A stretch of DNA of 64,000 nucleotides, from NCBI GenBank assembly GCA_904063045.1, contig CAJFCJ010000007.1:1867404-1931403 (forward strand). Direction: 5' to 3'. This DNA comes from Dimorphilus gyrociliatus (Eukaryota; Animalia; Annelida). The translations under genes were made by a program, and so were the position numbers. Every line of letters begins with the position of its first letter. Positions within the stretch are counted from its first letter, which is position 1. The notes below the pieces were generated by a model. It saw only the letters and a program-made list of their open reading frames with translations. It did not search any database and was not told the origin of the DNA. Shown here in pieces: positions 1-13,261 of the stretch.

Positions 1-703
<703 letters not shown>

Positions 704-1061
704 TTTCCTGTCTCTCTACAATCGAACTCGCCTTATTCTTTAAAGTGATTCACGTATGTATCGTTGAAATCGATTTCTCAGAATTTATCGTATCATAATT
801 TTATCAAATGAATTTCTTCAATCGAAACTACTTTTGAATCGATTTGAACTCATATCGATAAAGAATTTAAGGGTTAAATAACTCTGTATTTTTGAAGATA
901 CTAAATAATTCAAATATAAAATTTTAGGTTAGAAGAAAAATTTTTATGCTACTTAAGCAATGGCGTATTAATACGTTGCAACAGAAGCTAGCGACGTGGC
1001 CGCGGCCATGATGATCTGAGGATTTCGTCAATAATTTTGCAACGTGACATTATTCAACAAA

Positions 1062-2666
1062 ATGGTAAGTAGACAGCTAAAAATCTTAATAGAATACTGC
1101 AAAATAGTCATTTGACAGGTTCTTCTAGCATCGGCTGTTTGCAACAAATCTGGTAAAGCCGTTGTTTCACGGCAATTTGTCGAGATGACTCGATCAAGAA
1201 TAGAAGGGCTTCTAGCAGCGTTTCCAAAATTAATGAACACTGGTTCTCAACATACATTTGTGGAAACAGAAAGTGTTCGATATGTTTATCAACCTTTAGA
1301 AAAGTTATATGTGCTGTTGATAACCACAAAAGCTTCTAATATTCTTGAGGATCTAGAAACCCTCCGTCTTTTTGCAAGAGTTGTTCCAGAATATTGCAGG
1401 GCCTTGGACGAAAAAGAAGTAATACGACAAGCTTTTCAATTAATTTTTGCTTTTGACGAGATCGTCGCTCTAGGATATAGAGAGTCAGTGAATTTAGCCC
1501 AAATCCGCACTTATACTGAGATGGATTCTCATGAAGAGAGAGTCTTCAAGGCTGTCAGAGAAACTCAAGAAAAAGAAGCAAAAGAAAATATGAAAAGAAA
1601 AGCAAAAGAGTTACAGCAACTCAGAAAGGATCAATCTAATAGATCAAGACAGACTGGCAGCTATGCTCGATTTTCACCTCACTCATCTGACTCTGCAGTG
1701 ATAGAGCCGGAACCCATTAAACCAAGTTATAATAAACCAACTCCTTCCAGTGAATCTTCAAGTAAGGGAATGGTAATTAGGAAACCTAAGAACGATGATA
1801 TTTTTGTCAATAAAATAAAATCAGAAGGGCAAGAAGTCGTTGCTCCTGCTACTAAATCCGCTCATAAGGCACCAGTTTCATCTATCAATGAGGAAGGAAT
1901 TCATTTGAGGAGCGAAGAAAAGATGAACGTTACTATAAATAGACATGGTGGTATACAAAATCTAGAAATACAAGGATTACTACAATTAAAAGTTAATGAT
2001 GAAAAATCGGCGAAGTGCAAAATCAGAATGAGCACCAAACGATCAACTGACGTTCAATTACAAACTCATCCAAATGTTGACAAGAAACTATTTCAGAACG
2101 AAAGCTTGATTGCTTTGAAAAATCCCGATAAACCCTTTCCATTGCAGCAAGATATAGGTGTTTTAAAGTGGAGATTACCATCAAGTGATAAATCATATCT
2201 TCCCTTATCTATTGTGGTGTGGCCAGAAGACAACGGCAATGGTGGATGTGATGTCTCAGTTCAGTATGAGTTAGAAAGAACTGATCTTGAATTACGAGAA
2301 ATTACCATTAGCTTACCATGCCCCTCAAATCCTACTGTTGAAGAATGTGGCGAAGGGCTGGCAACATATAACCGTAGTGGGCGGCTTGAATGGAACATTC
2401 CCGTTATTAACCGCTCTAATCCGAACGCTGATTTACAATATACTTTACCATCTTCGGCTTCTCCAGATAGTATGTTTCCTGTTGATGTTTCATTCTCATC
2501 TGAACAAAATTTCTGTCAAATAACGGTAATTTCTAAATTTTACGCTAATGAAGTGGTAACAATGATCATTTTTCAGGTAGAGGAAGTCGAATCAGTCGAA
2601 AATAGGGAAAAGTTGCAATTCTCAACACAAACCATATTTTTTACTGAGAGTTATAAAATTATATAA
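1062..2666 (+). CDS. ARCN1: Coatomer subunit delta (archain); exon 1 is the ATG alone, introns 1065-1118 and 2526-2576
   Basis: M|VLLASAVCNKSGKAVVSRQFVEMTRSRIEGLLAAFPKLM longin N-terminus; QTHPNVDKKLF and GVLKWR in the mu-homology domain. Confidence 0.97.
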
Positions 2667-2823
2667 TAGCTTATTGGTACAATTATTAATAAACGATGTA
2701 GATTTTATTATCGTCAATAGATGGCGTAAAACGTCCTATTTTAAACACTAAGTGGCGCTCTATCGTAGCCGGATATCCGCTTTACGCAGACATTTTTAGA
2801 TCAACTTGTCTAAGTTATTTAAT

Positions 2824-5231
2824 ATGCATCTAATTTGGTTATTTATCTTTCTGTTAGAATTTAGGTTTATAAAACAACAAGGCATAGGATCAGGTTAACT
2901 TATTTATGATCTTCAACCGAAGAGACCTAATATTATAATATTTTTTCAGATTTTATTTCCGATGCTTGTAGCTCTCTTCCAGAGAAGGGTACTTGCTCTG
3001 ATTGCATTCAAATTAATCAAAATTGTGCTTGGTGTAAGGAGTTTTATAACCCCAATGTAGAAAATACACAATGTGATTCTTTCGAAAAACTACAAAAAAC
3101 TTGTAAATCAATCGAATATCCTGGAAGTAAACTTGAAGAAAATACTCTTGAATTGAGAGTGAACCAGGAATTAAAATTTACTATTCCGTACAAACAACCG
3201 GAAAATTATCCAGTTGATTTGTATATGCTGGTAGATGCCGCCAATGGAATGAGAGACTTCAGCAAACAGGTCAAAGACTTATCACCTAAAATTGTACAGA
3301 GTTTAGAAAAGTTAACGGCAGGCGATTTTAAAATTGGGTTTGGTACATTTAGTGATAAATCTTTAGTACCAACAGTGCGCATGAATAGGGATTTGTAAGT
3401 TTTTAATATTTTTAGAAAATGTAGATATATTTTCTGCTTTTACAGCACAGTATTGACAAGAGAAAATTTTGAGGAACCACCTCATATTTTCCATAACATC
3501 GTACCGTTGACAAAGAATGTTGATCTTTTCCAAGAATCTATCGCTAATGTTACAATAACGAATCAACTAGACTTCCCTAATTGTGGATTTTCTGCTGCCA
3601 TGCAAGCTTTACTATGTGAAGACGAAATTAAATGGAGAAAGGGCGCTAGAAAAATTTTACTAATTGCAACCAATCATTTTTCACATCTCGAAGGCGATGG
3701 ACACTTATTGGGATTATACAATAGATATGAAGATCATTGTCTTATGAAGAATACACAAAAATTGATCTATGATCATCAAGATTATCCCTCAATAGAGCAA
3801 ATTCGAACAAAAACTTTGGAAAAAGAAGTTACAATATTATTTGTTGTTCGTAATTTTAAAGATCCTCAACACTATGATCAAGATGCTGGTGTTAGTCTTG
3901 CCATGGATACAATTATTAAGGAATATAATAACTTTGCAAAAAAAATAGGTGGAAGTACCAAAACAGCAAAATTATTGGATGACTCGAGTAACGTTGTGGA
4001 AATTATTAAGAAGTATTACAAGGAAATTAGCGGAGAAGTGGAGATCTCTTGGAAAGATCAACATAATTCAGGAAATTTGGAAGTTAAACTTGAAGCAGAA
4101 TGCGAACCCGGGAAAGTTACCAATAAACATATTTGTAGAAAAGTTCAAGCAGGAACAACAGTGAAGTTCCACATTAGCGTTAAACTAAAAAGTTGTAATG
4201 AAACTAATGAGAGAAGTATGAAACTAGCCATTGGGGTTCAAAATAAAGAATTTGATCTTAAAGAAGTATGTGATTGTAATTGCGAAAACGAAAGCAAACA
4301 AGGAGCGAATATTTGTAGCGGTAAAGGAACACAAATATGCGGTAAGTGTACTTGTAATGATGGATTCACGGGTGAAAATTGCCAATGCGACAAAAAGTCA
4401 CAAGATCATGATGCGACCAAATGTGACGATAGTACTTGTAATTATAGAGGGAAATGTCAGTGCGATGGAACTTGTCGATGCTTTGAAGGATATCATGGGC
4501 CTGATTGCAGCTGCAAAGATAATGAAGGATGCAAATTTTACAATAATGAAGTTTGTGGTGGAAAGTCGCGCGGTTATTGTTTTTGCAAAAATTGTACATG
4601 TCTTGACGAATACGAAGGAGATAATTGTGGCTGTCTTAAGAGTAACAATACCTGTAAAACTGAAAACAATCTCATTTGTAATGATAAAGGCGTTTGCGAA
4701 TGTGGGAAATGTATATGTGAAAAGGATTACTTTGGGCCAACTTGTGAGATATGTTTAACGTGTGAAAAGCACTGTGATGATTCCTTTGACTGTGCTGTTT
4801 GTAAAGCCTTTAGTAATTATACTAAATTTACTCCTGATGAATGTAAAAGGAATTGTGAACATGTAACTGTCGTTGACCATAAAGTAGGAGGACAGGAGTA
4901 TTTTACTCAGTTGTGTGTGCGGTCACTGCCTAACAAGTGTCGCATATTTTACTCTTATCATTATTCTACAGGAAAATTGAAAGTTTGGAACAAAACAAAA
5001 TGTATTGAAAGTAGCAGGAAAACAACATTCATTGTCATAGGTGTGATAGTTGGTATTGTTCTTGTAGGAATATTTATTATTTTAGCTTGGAGAATTGCTG
5101 TAACTATTAAAGACCGTAGGGAATTTAGCCAATTTGAAAAAAATATGGACTCAGCTCAATACGAGACAGCTGATAATCCACTGTACAAACCAGCGATAAA
5201 AACGTTTGAAAACCCTATGTATAACTCTTAA
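2824..5231 (+). CDS. Integrin beta subunit with degenerate MIDAS; introns 2894-2949 and 3395-3445
   Basis: Signal-peptide-like exon, PSI domain (CSDCIQINQNCAWC), beta-I domain (YPVDLYMLVD, GFGTFSDK), Cys-rich EGF repeats (CSGKGTQICGKCTC), TM helix and two cytoplasmic NPxY motifs (NPLY, NPMY). Confidence 0.93.
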
Positions 5232-5296
5232 TTTGTTATAATTTTATAGATTTAATTTCTTGCTTTTTACTTTTAGATCTTAAAACTAGTCTCTTT

Positions 5297-5329
5297 TATA
5301 TATATATATATATATATATACATATATAT
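5297..5329. repeat. (TA)n microsatellite
   Basis: Direct reading of a TA run downstream of the integrin stop codon. Confidence 0.9.
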
Positions 5330-5774
5330 GCATTAGAATATATGCTGCTTTATTGGTGCTAATAATACATTAAATTTATACTTTGTTAAGAATATCTGTC
5401 TCTGAATCAATATTTAGACAACTACTGATTAAAACACTTAGAGAATTGATATAATTTTACACTAACCAGAGGGACTAAATTTTGTATGATTTTTTCCTTT
5501 ATCTGGAATCAATATCAATTGTCTAAACATAGGTTCTAAAAAGATAGCTATTTGAAAATATTATTTAGCGCCTAAAAACGTGGAATCGAATCGATCCGAT
5601 GTCGATTCTAAGCTGGTAGCTGATTGGTTAACGTCATCTACACTGAACACTCTCCGACGACGCCATATTTTCGTTTGTTGCCGGGTGGCGAAAAGTGATA
5701 AAATTGTAGTTAAGTAGGCGTTATTTCGCAAAATTCCTGATTATTAGGTTAAAGTCAAAGATCAAGGATAGAAA

Positions 5775-7510
5775 ATGCAGAACGGAGATATAGACGAAGA
5801 GTTAGCTTGTTCCGAAAAAGAAGTCGAAAGGAATCAGGACAGGTAGTCACATGGCTTACACGTTCACTGGTGTTTGTTTGTTCGCTTTATGATAAGTCTA
5901 AACAAACGATTTCATTTATAATTAAACTATCTTATTCGCGAATTAATAAAATAATGAAATTTTTTACAAATAATTGTCTTTTATCGATGACAGGAAGAGC
6001 AGTAAAGTGACTATAAAACACCTACCCCCAGAAACAACGAAGGAAAAAATAGAAGAGCTAATAGATTCTTTTGGTAAAATTAGTCGCTGTGATATTATTA
6101 CTCCAAATCCTGAACAAAAAGTTGCTTACATCACATTTGAATCTTCTGACGAAGCTATTCAGTGAGTTGTTTTACCAAACTAAACAAAATTATAAAAATG
6201 TGATAATTAATTTTTAATTCATGTTTATTCAATATTCTAGGGCCCTGGAAAATCTTAATAATAAAGAATACGAAGGAAGAAATTTAAGTGTCGAATTAGT
6301 GACCGGCTCTAAATCAAAACGTGGGCAGCATGCGGGAAGATTTGGAGGACGAGGAACAGGATATCCGCTCAGGATTTTGGTACCAAGTGATTTTGTAGGT
6401 GCTATTATCGGTCGTAAAGGTCAAACGATTAAAAATATTACAACGCAAAGTCGGGCTAGAGTCGACGTTCATTGCAAAGAAAACACTGGCTTACTTGAAA
6501 AAGTCATCTCAATATATGGCCAGCCGGACAATTGTTCGAATGCCTGCAAAGAAATATTGCGCGTTATGCAACAGGAAAGTGAAAATGCAAACAGAGGAGA
6601 AGTAGCTTTGAAAATGCTTGCGGAAGATCGTCACTGTGGTCGAATTATTGGAAAAAAAGGAACAGTTATTAAACAGATTCGAAGTGAAACTGATACAAAA
6701 ATATACGTAAGCAATTTGCAAGATGTACCGGCGGTGTTCCCGGATAGAGTGATAACAATAAATGGAGAATTGGAAAGGATGCAGAAAGCTGAAAATATAA
6801 TATCTAGTAAACTCAGAGAGTGCTATGATAAAGAATCGGTGTCACCTGGTGTTCATGCTCCGTATATACCTCCACCTCCATCTGGTCTTATGACACCATA
6901 TCGTATGCCTTTTATGCCTCCTCCCACTTACATGCAACAACAGCCAGTTCCTTTTCAACTCCCTCCGCTACCTTTCGGCGACTCTTGTCAAGTCCATGTA
7001 CCCCATACATCAGTAGGAGCAATAATAGGAGCTGGTGGCTCAAGCATCAAGCAGATCATTCGTCAATCAGGAGCCTTTGTTGCTGTTGAGCAAAAGGCAG
7101 ATGAAAATACTACAAATGAAAGAATTGTAACAATAAAAGGTTTGATGGATGCTCAGTGTAGGGCATTATATCAACTTTATGAAAGAGTAAATAGTGATGT
7201 GTATGCCAGTTTCGAAACTTGTCGTCTGCGCATTACCATTAGAGTTCCGAGAAGTATGGTAGGAAGAGTGATTGGAAAAAATGGGAAAAACGTTCGTGAT
7301 GTTCAACGAATGACAGGAGCCATAATCAAATTACCTGACGAAACATCTGGAGGTGAAGATACCCCCGTTGATGTGTTTGGTAACTTTATGTCCGTACAGG
7401 TTTGTATACAGTTTATATTCATGTTAAAATCCTAATTGCAAAAACCATAACAGCAAGCTATGTATCAAGTTCGAACTCTAATCGCTACAGCACCTGGAAG
7501 GCAAGATTAG
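5775..7510 (+). CDS. IGF2BP: IGF2 mRNA-binding protein (IMP/ZBP family): 1 RRM plus 4 KH domains, 4 exons
   Basis: RRM (KVTIKHLP...VAYITF); KH1 PLRILVPSDFVGAIIGRKGQTIKNIT; further GxxG loops GKKG, GAGG and GKNG. Last exon QAMYQVRTLIATAPGRQD*. Confidence 0.92.
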
Positions 7511-7880
7511 TTGCAACAGCAACGTTTTGGCAGCCTTCATCTCAGGACCTTAAGGGCCAAAATCTACTTTTCTACTTGTTAACGTTTTTCATTTGTTGTT
7601 GTTGTTATTTGTCTTTTATTATGAGAGTATGTTGTTGGGACGTGTTGAAAAGTGGACGAAGTCGGACATCAATGTCACACAATATAAAATAGGCTTCTCA
7701 ATTTTCTCCGTGCATGCTATATATATCCTATTGGTTTTTTTCGCGTTTTACTCTTGCCTAAAGAACTTCACTTTTAAAAGTGTGTAGCTTTAAAAAATAT
7801 AATGCATTAGGTTGTTGTTCGGACGGTTTTTATTATATTATGCATGCTTATTAATGGTTATCCAATAAAGTTCGATTTCT

Positions 7881-10800
7881 CTAACAGTATAAAAGTGATC
7901 TCCTTGCTTCTTTAGCATCTTGTGCCGATGAACATAGAACGCAATATGGCTGAAAATCATTACACTTTAAAATTGTTATCAACTGAATTTCTAGTATAAC
8001 GTACCAGACTTTGATTTTGCAGACACTCTTCGTGAAATACATGTCTACAATTGAATAGAATAACGTCCTTTAAAAGCGTCGTATCAGTCTTGATAATTAT
8101 CTCAGAACACACTCCGCATGTTTTCCATTCTATGAGATAATCGAATAATTTATAATTTAATTATTTAATTTTTTATACAAACCTAAGACAGATATTGACC
8201 TTCTTCTGAGTACATGTAACTTTTGGAAAAGATTGACGGAGTCAGTAATTAGAATATTTCTGCATCCTCTCCTTAAATTTATTTGAAGATTATAGTCTTG
8301 AAGAAGCTTTACTAGGGAATCTCTGAGTCCCGGTATCTGCATTCCACCTTTTATTTGACGAATTATAAAAATTGGATCGACATGCGATCCAATATTATTT
8401 AGTAGACTAGTTATAAAATCAGCTTTATCACAAGCATTAGAAATGAGCATTTCCCAAAGGTATTTCTCGTTTTCTTCTTTACAAAATATTATAGCCTCCT
8501 CCACATTCTTCATTCGATTCATTAATACTTGAAGAGCTTTTTTTTTATTACCCATTCGATCTAATCATAATATTTCGACTTAGTGTTTATATCTTAACAA
8601 TTCAGTATTAACGTACTCAATAAATACACAACTTCCTTGTTGAAGTCTCTATCTTCACACACCTTAAGAGCAGTATTCAATGTATAATGAGCCGAGTTGC
8701 GTAAAAATTGCAGCATCTCCTTCCTGTCATAGTCAGCATATAATTGTATTTGCTTATCGTGGTGAATCTTGCCTATTTCTTTATCCCTTATAAAAAGTTG
8801 ATGTAGATACTGTAAATAAAATCTCTATAAGGAAGATCAAAAATTCACAAATTTAATAACCATGTGCAAATATTTAGGTCTTTCTTCCAACTGCTTCACA
8901 ACTTCATCAACCTAACAATTTTTAGAAAAGTTAAAGGAGTTTTTTATCTGAGCCACAACTTACACTTATGGTATGAGAACTGTCAAGGAGTAAACGACTG
9001 GTCTTCTCCGAATTAAGGTCAAATAGTTCTACCAAATTATTTTTTATTGCTGAATGCAAAGAATGTTTTTCTATTACAGAAAACACCCGATTGTGCTTTA
9101 AAGATAAGTAAATGTCAAATCCACGCATAAAATCTTTGTCATATTCATATAATCTGGCTAAACACTCGAGCAATACTCTATTCTCACTTTCTGCGGCTAG
9201 TTTTTTATTTACCATTCTAATGATGGACTTAACATCATATATGTGACAAGGCCATTCTTCCAACAAATTCCTGAAATACTGTTAAGAGGAAGAGATAAAA
9301 AAATATTCATTAAGTAGATTACCTACTTCAATGTCATTCTTTAAATAGTCATCCAATATTAATTCGTAAATATCTGGTGAAAGTTGTGGATCACATCGTT
9401 GGACGAATGGAGCTATCACTTTAATTTGGTGCAGTTCAACAAATTTGTAAAATATGTTAGACCACTGTTGCTTATTTGATCCTAAAATTCTGTATGATAA
9501 TGAAGCAGCTTCTTCAAAATCACCCTCTTCAATTAATTTTTGAATACTCTCTTCTCCGACTGCCTATTTATGGTTCTTAATAGTAAAACAATCTATGTTC
9601 ATAATGGTTTTAACCTGTGCATTATATTTTTTTAGTTCCCTGGAATGCTGCTGAGCAACAATGACAGCCTCTTCATACTTAGCATTATGTAACAACCAGG
9701 ATACATGATCATCCATATCTCTTTCTTTGGCTATAACCAAATCCTTTGGTGTGACAATATAATATGTATTCTCATCAGGTAAACATTCTGTGAAAGTGAA
9801 AAACTAACTAAGTAGTTTTTTTAAAAGTTAATCAAACCTAGGTGATAATCTATGCATCGATAAGCCTCATATCCCCTAAGAGAAAGAGCTTCATCAGATA
9901 GAACTACATAGTCATCAGCTCCACTAGTGTTTAAAGGCTGCTCGACAACAATCATATGAGCTCTTTCGTTTCTATTCTGTAATTGCTTATACGCTTAATA
10001 ATTCTTATCAGCTTCATGATATTTTATTCTTACTTCGGACTCAGGCTTAGACCAGGTTAAAAGAACAATGTTGTCATTCAACATAGAAATGCCACAAACA
10101 TAGTATTCAATATCTATTGTCATAGCTAAATACATACTCCTTACAATTTTCTCCCCAACCTTCTCCTCTTTAACTTTTGCCAACTATGCACATAGAAACA
10201 TATTGATTGATATTTAGAATACAACAGAATATGATTGACAAACCCGAACACGTTGACCCCAGCCAACCAATAGTGAATTATCGTCCTTCCAAAACAATCG
10301 ACAAGGATACAAATCGGAGCTCAAGCTTCAATAAAAAATAACCTTTGGAATATTTAATTACAGAATATTACGCTTAAAATTTTTACCCTTTAATATCTTT
10401 ACAAATAGTTGATATTCTACACCGCAACTCAGTGTCAAATATTCGAACAGAGTGGTCATTTGCCCAAGCAAATCTGGAACCTTTCCATTGAATATTGCGA
10501 ATAGTCCCTTCTCCTTGATGTAATATTGTACTATGATAACGATTTAGTAGCCCTCTTCTTTCACATAGAGCCAGCTGAAACAAAATCCGAGATTTGTCAT
10601 ATTAAATTTGAGAACCGTCTTGCCTTACTGCATCATCCCCGCAAACATAAGTTTTACTGCTTGAAGATTTATAAAATGTAGGTTCAATTGCAACTGCTTT
10701 TATTGGTCGATTATAACTAGTTGTTTGGTTATAGTCTCCATGATACAAGCCATTGATAACAACTCTACCATCATCAGAGCAACTGGCAAGGTAGTCTCCG

Positions 10801-11277
10801 TTATCGTCAATACTTATCTGATTTACTCGAGCAGTATGCTAAAATACGTCTATGTTATTAAAAGAATCGAAAAAGAAAACTACTAACTGAAGGCAAGTTT
10901 TTTTTACAAATGTTGTTTCCTTGATGATCTAAAATGTGTATCATACCCCAATCAGTACCAAGAGCAAGAAACTGTAGATTATTATTTATTCCATAACATG
11001 ATAAATTGAGTATAGAATATTCACAAACCTTTGTGTGAACAGCCAGGCATGTAGCAACTTCTCTTGAGAGGATACGAACTACATCATGTTCCACCCTTGC
11101 ATACTTTAACTTCGGCTCTCCTTCCTAAATAACAACGCTAACAAATATGGAAAAAAGATAAATCGCAATCATTACCTCTTCGTCGCTACTATCTCCATCT
11201 ATGCTTACTTCACCTATACTGGACTCACTTGACTGTTGTTCTTGGATTTCAAGATTTGACTGAGATACAGCCGCCAT
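7881..11277 (-). CDS. VPS41: Vacuolar protein sorting 41 (HOPS subunit), multi-exon
   Basis: Acidic N-terminus, WD40 region (FLALGTDWGMIHILDHQGN, GEGTIRNIQWKGSRFAWAND), CHCR repeat (LWEMLI...HVDPIFII) and C-terminal RING-H2 (CGVC...CRHVFHEEC...CVLC). Confidence 0.95.
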
Positions 11278-13046
11278 TTTACAACTATTATATCACATGA
11301 TCACATCAAAATAAAATAGTTCTTTCTTTTATCAGTTTTAAGAAATGTAAACAAGAATACAATTAATTTTTATTTAAGTAATAGCATCAAAGTTAATTGA
11401 AGTAAATTGTGAAGATACTCTGCAGGAAACTCAAAGAGAGTAATATTAAAAATAAATAGGGAGCATGTAGTAGTAAATAATTCATTAATTAATGATTGAA
11501 AGCAAATTATTATTATGAAATAAAATTAAAAAGAAATATCTATATACATGGAAAAAATTCCAATGAAAATAACCACATCTTAAAATTCGACGCTCCTTTA
11601 ACTATTATTGAGAAAAAAGTTCCGATCTGAGAGCCTTTGCTTTACAGTATTATTTTAAACGAGTATTTTGTGAGGGATTTGGCAAGGTATGTAAGGATAA
11701 TTATTGTAAGTTAAACACCTCACAATCATTGAGGCAAATGGCGCCAAAGAACGTCCTAACGATATTCAAATTATGTAGTAATTAGCATAATTTATTGTAA
11801 AGTTGGTCACCGCGTATGAATATTCTGGGTTTTGCTAAAAGCCGGTGCTTGTTGCTCAAAATTTCTTAAATGATTAAATTTTTACAGCACTGATAATGTT
11901 CTTTTTAACTTAGATCGTTGTTAAAAGGCGATTGTTAATAGCTTTAGGGAAGTTAAACAAAATTATAACCTTTCTACCCTTTATTTTTAAAATTCATAAC
12001 AGTGAATTTTAAGTAAATGAAATGCTTAATACTCTAAAGTTATTGGAACTATCAAAGTGACATAATTATATTTGGGTAAACTTTCTTGAGTTAGATACAT
12101 TCTTAGTTATTCTTTAAGAATTTCTTTATCTTTTAACCATGTTAGTGAGATACCATAAATTCTTAATTTAGCCGTACCCGTATTTTGCGAAATATATAAA
12201 TAAACTCTAGTGAATTTTCGAATCGCGGTAAGAGCGTAAAAAGGTAAAAAGGTAAGTTTATATAATATGAATTTGCGCCGTAACGAAAAATTATAATAGT
12301 TCAAAAATGATATATGTGGTGACTATTTACATTGGCATAATTTATCTAGGAAATGCTTATTTATTTCGGCGCGCTTTAGACTCTTGTTCAATTAAAAAGT
12401 CTCATTTCATTTGTATATCAAATGAAAAGGTTCTAAATAAAAAAAATATATAAAAGTATTTATATTATGCATAAACTTGTATATTATAGACGGTATAAAA
12501 CGTCTTTTAGAGTGAATGTTTTGATTATTAGCATATGTTCTACATAATTTATATTGGCGCGAAATATTTTTAACAAAAATTATGTGTACGTCTACTCTGC
12601 CCGCATCTTATTACACACTTCAATTAATTAGACCTACAACGGAATGTTAAGTACACACTGCACACTGTATATAGTAGGGAGACGCAAAACTAGGTGCAGT
12701 TCGGTAAACTATCGATCTGACTGTACTGTCGTTACTTAGTGCTATGGCAACGAAATTTAGAGACGCTTTATGCAAAAAAGAATTATAGTAAACCAGAAAA
12801 CTTTTAGTAATTATTGCATAAATAAGTATCTTTATGTTCATGAGTGGTCCGATAGTTTTTTTATTCGCAAAAAAGGAATAATTACTAATACTACGTAGCG
12901 TCCTTTGTTGAGCGCGACGTCGACGGATCGATGTAATATGGAAAACGAAAAGAAGCATAAACGCCTATGTGAAAGTAATTTAGGATAGTGGAATAAACCA
13001 CTATGCGTCAAGCGTGGCCGACTCGTACGAGTGCGCTTGGGGATGG

Positions 13047-13060
13047 GTTGCCATGGCAAC
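13047..13060. promoter_or_regulatory. RFX X-box, perfect palindrome GTTGCCATGGCAAC
   Basis: Exact match to the canonical X-box consensus, about 200 nt upstream of the POU6 ATG in a CpG-rich region. Confidence 0.7.
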
Positions 13061-13102
13061 GGCGATATCTGTACGATGCTGCGCTGTATAGATTGGCGTT
13101 GT

Positions 13103-13119
13103 AGAGAGAGAGAGAGAGG
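13103..13119. repeat. (GA)n tract in the POU6 promoter region
   Basis: agagagagagagagagg read directly. Confidence 0.7.
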
Positions 13120-13261
13120 AAGCGTTCTCCTGCAACAGAAATTCATTGCGCGAGCAGTCGTTTCGGTGTAGGCGGCTTTGAGTCTTTCTACAAATTACTA
13201 AAAGAATCTATAGAATCGACAACTAGCGGCAGTCAGTCAACCGCTCACCGACGCCCGTCCC

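Noticed and set aside
2526-2576. Stop-free introns with length divisible by 3 (delta-COP 2526-2576, Vps41 10972-11028, CCDC47 36969-37028, ORMDL 46372-46425)
   Set aside because: They mislead the ORF track, but a rough estimate (one third in frame times about 0.2 stop-free, over several dozen short introns) predicts about this many by chance.
2746-2758. CTCF-like CACTAAGTGGCGC
   Set aside because: Mismatch in the core AG, and equally explained by the recurrent YY1-like TGGCG promoter motif.
4231-4758. Alternative-frame and antisense ORFs over real genes (for example 4231-4758, 16239-16778, 44194-44547, 58078-58482)
   Set aside because: Shadows of real CDSs; no motifs or independent splice signals.
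10303-10310. U12-type donor-like GTATCCTT on the minus strand
   Set aside because: Lies inside Vps41 coding sequence (LYPCRLFW) that reads through correctly.
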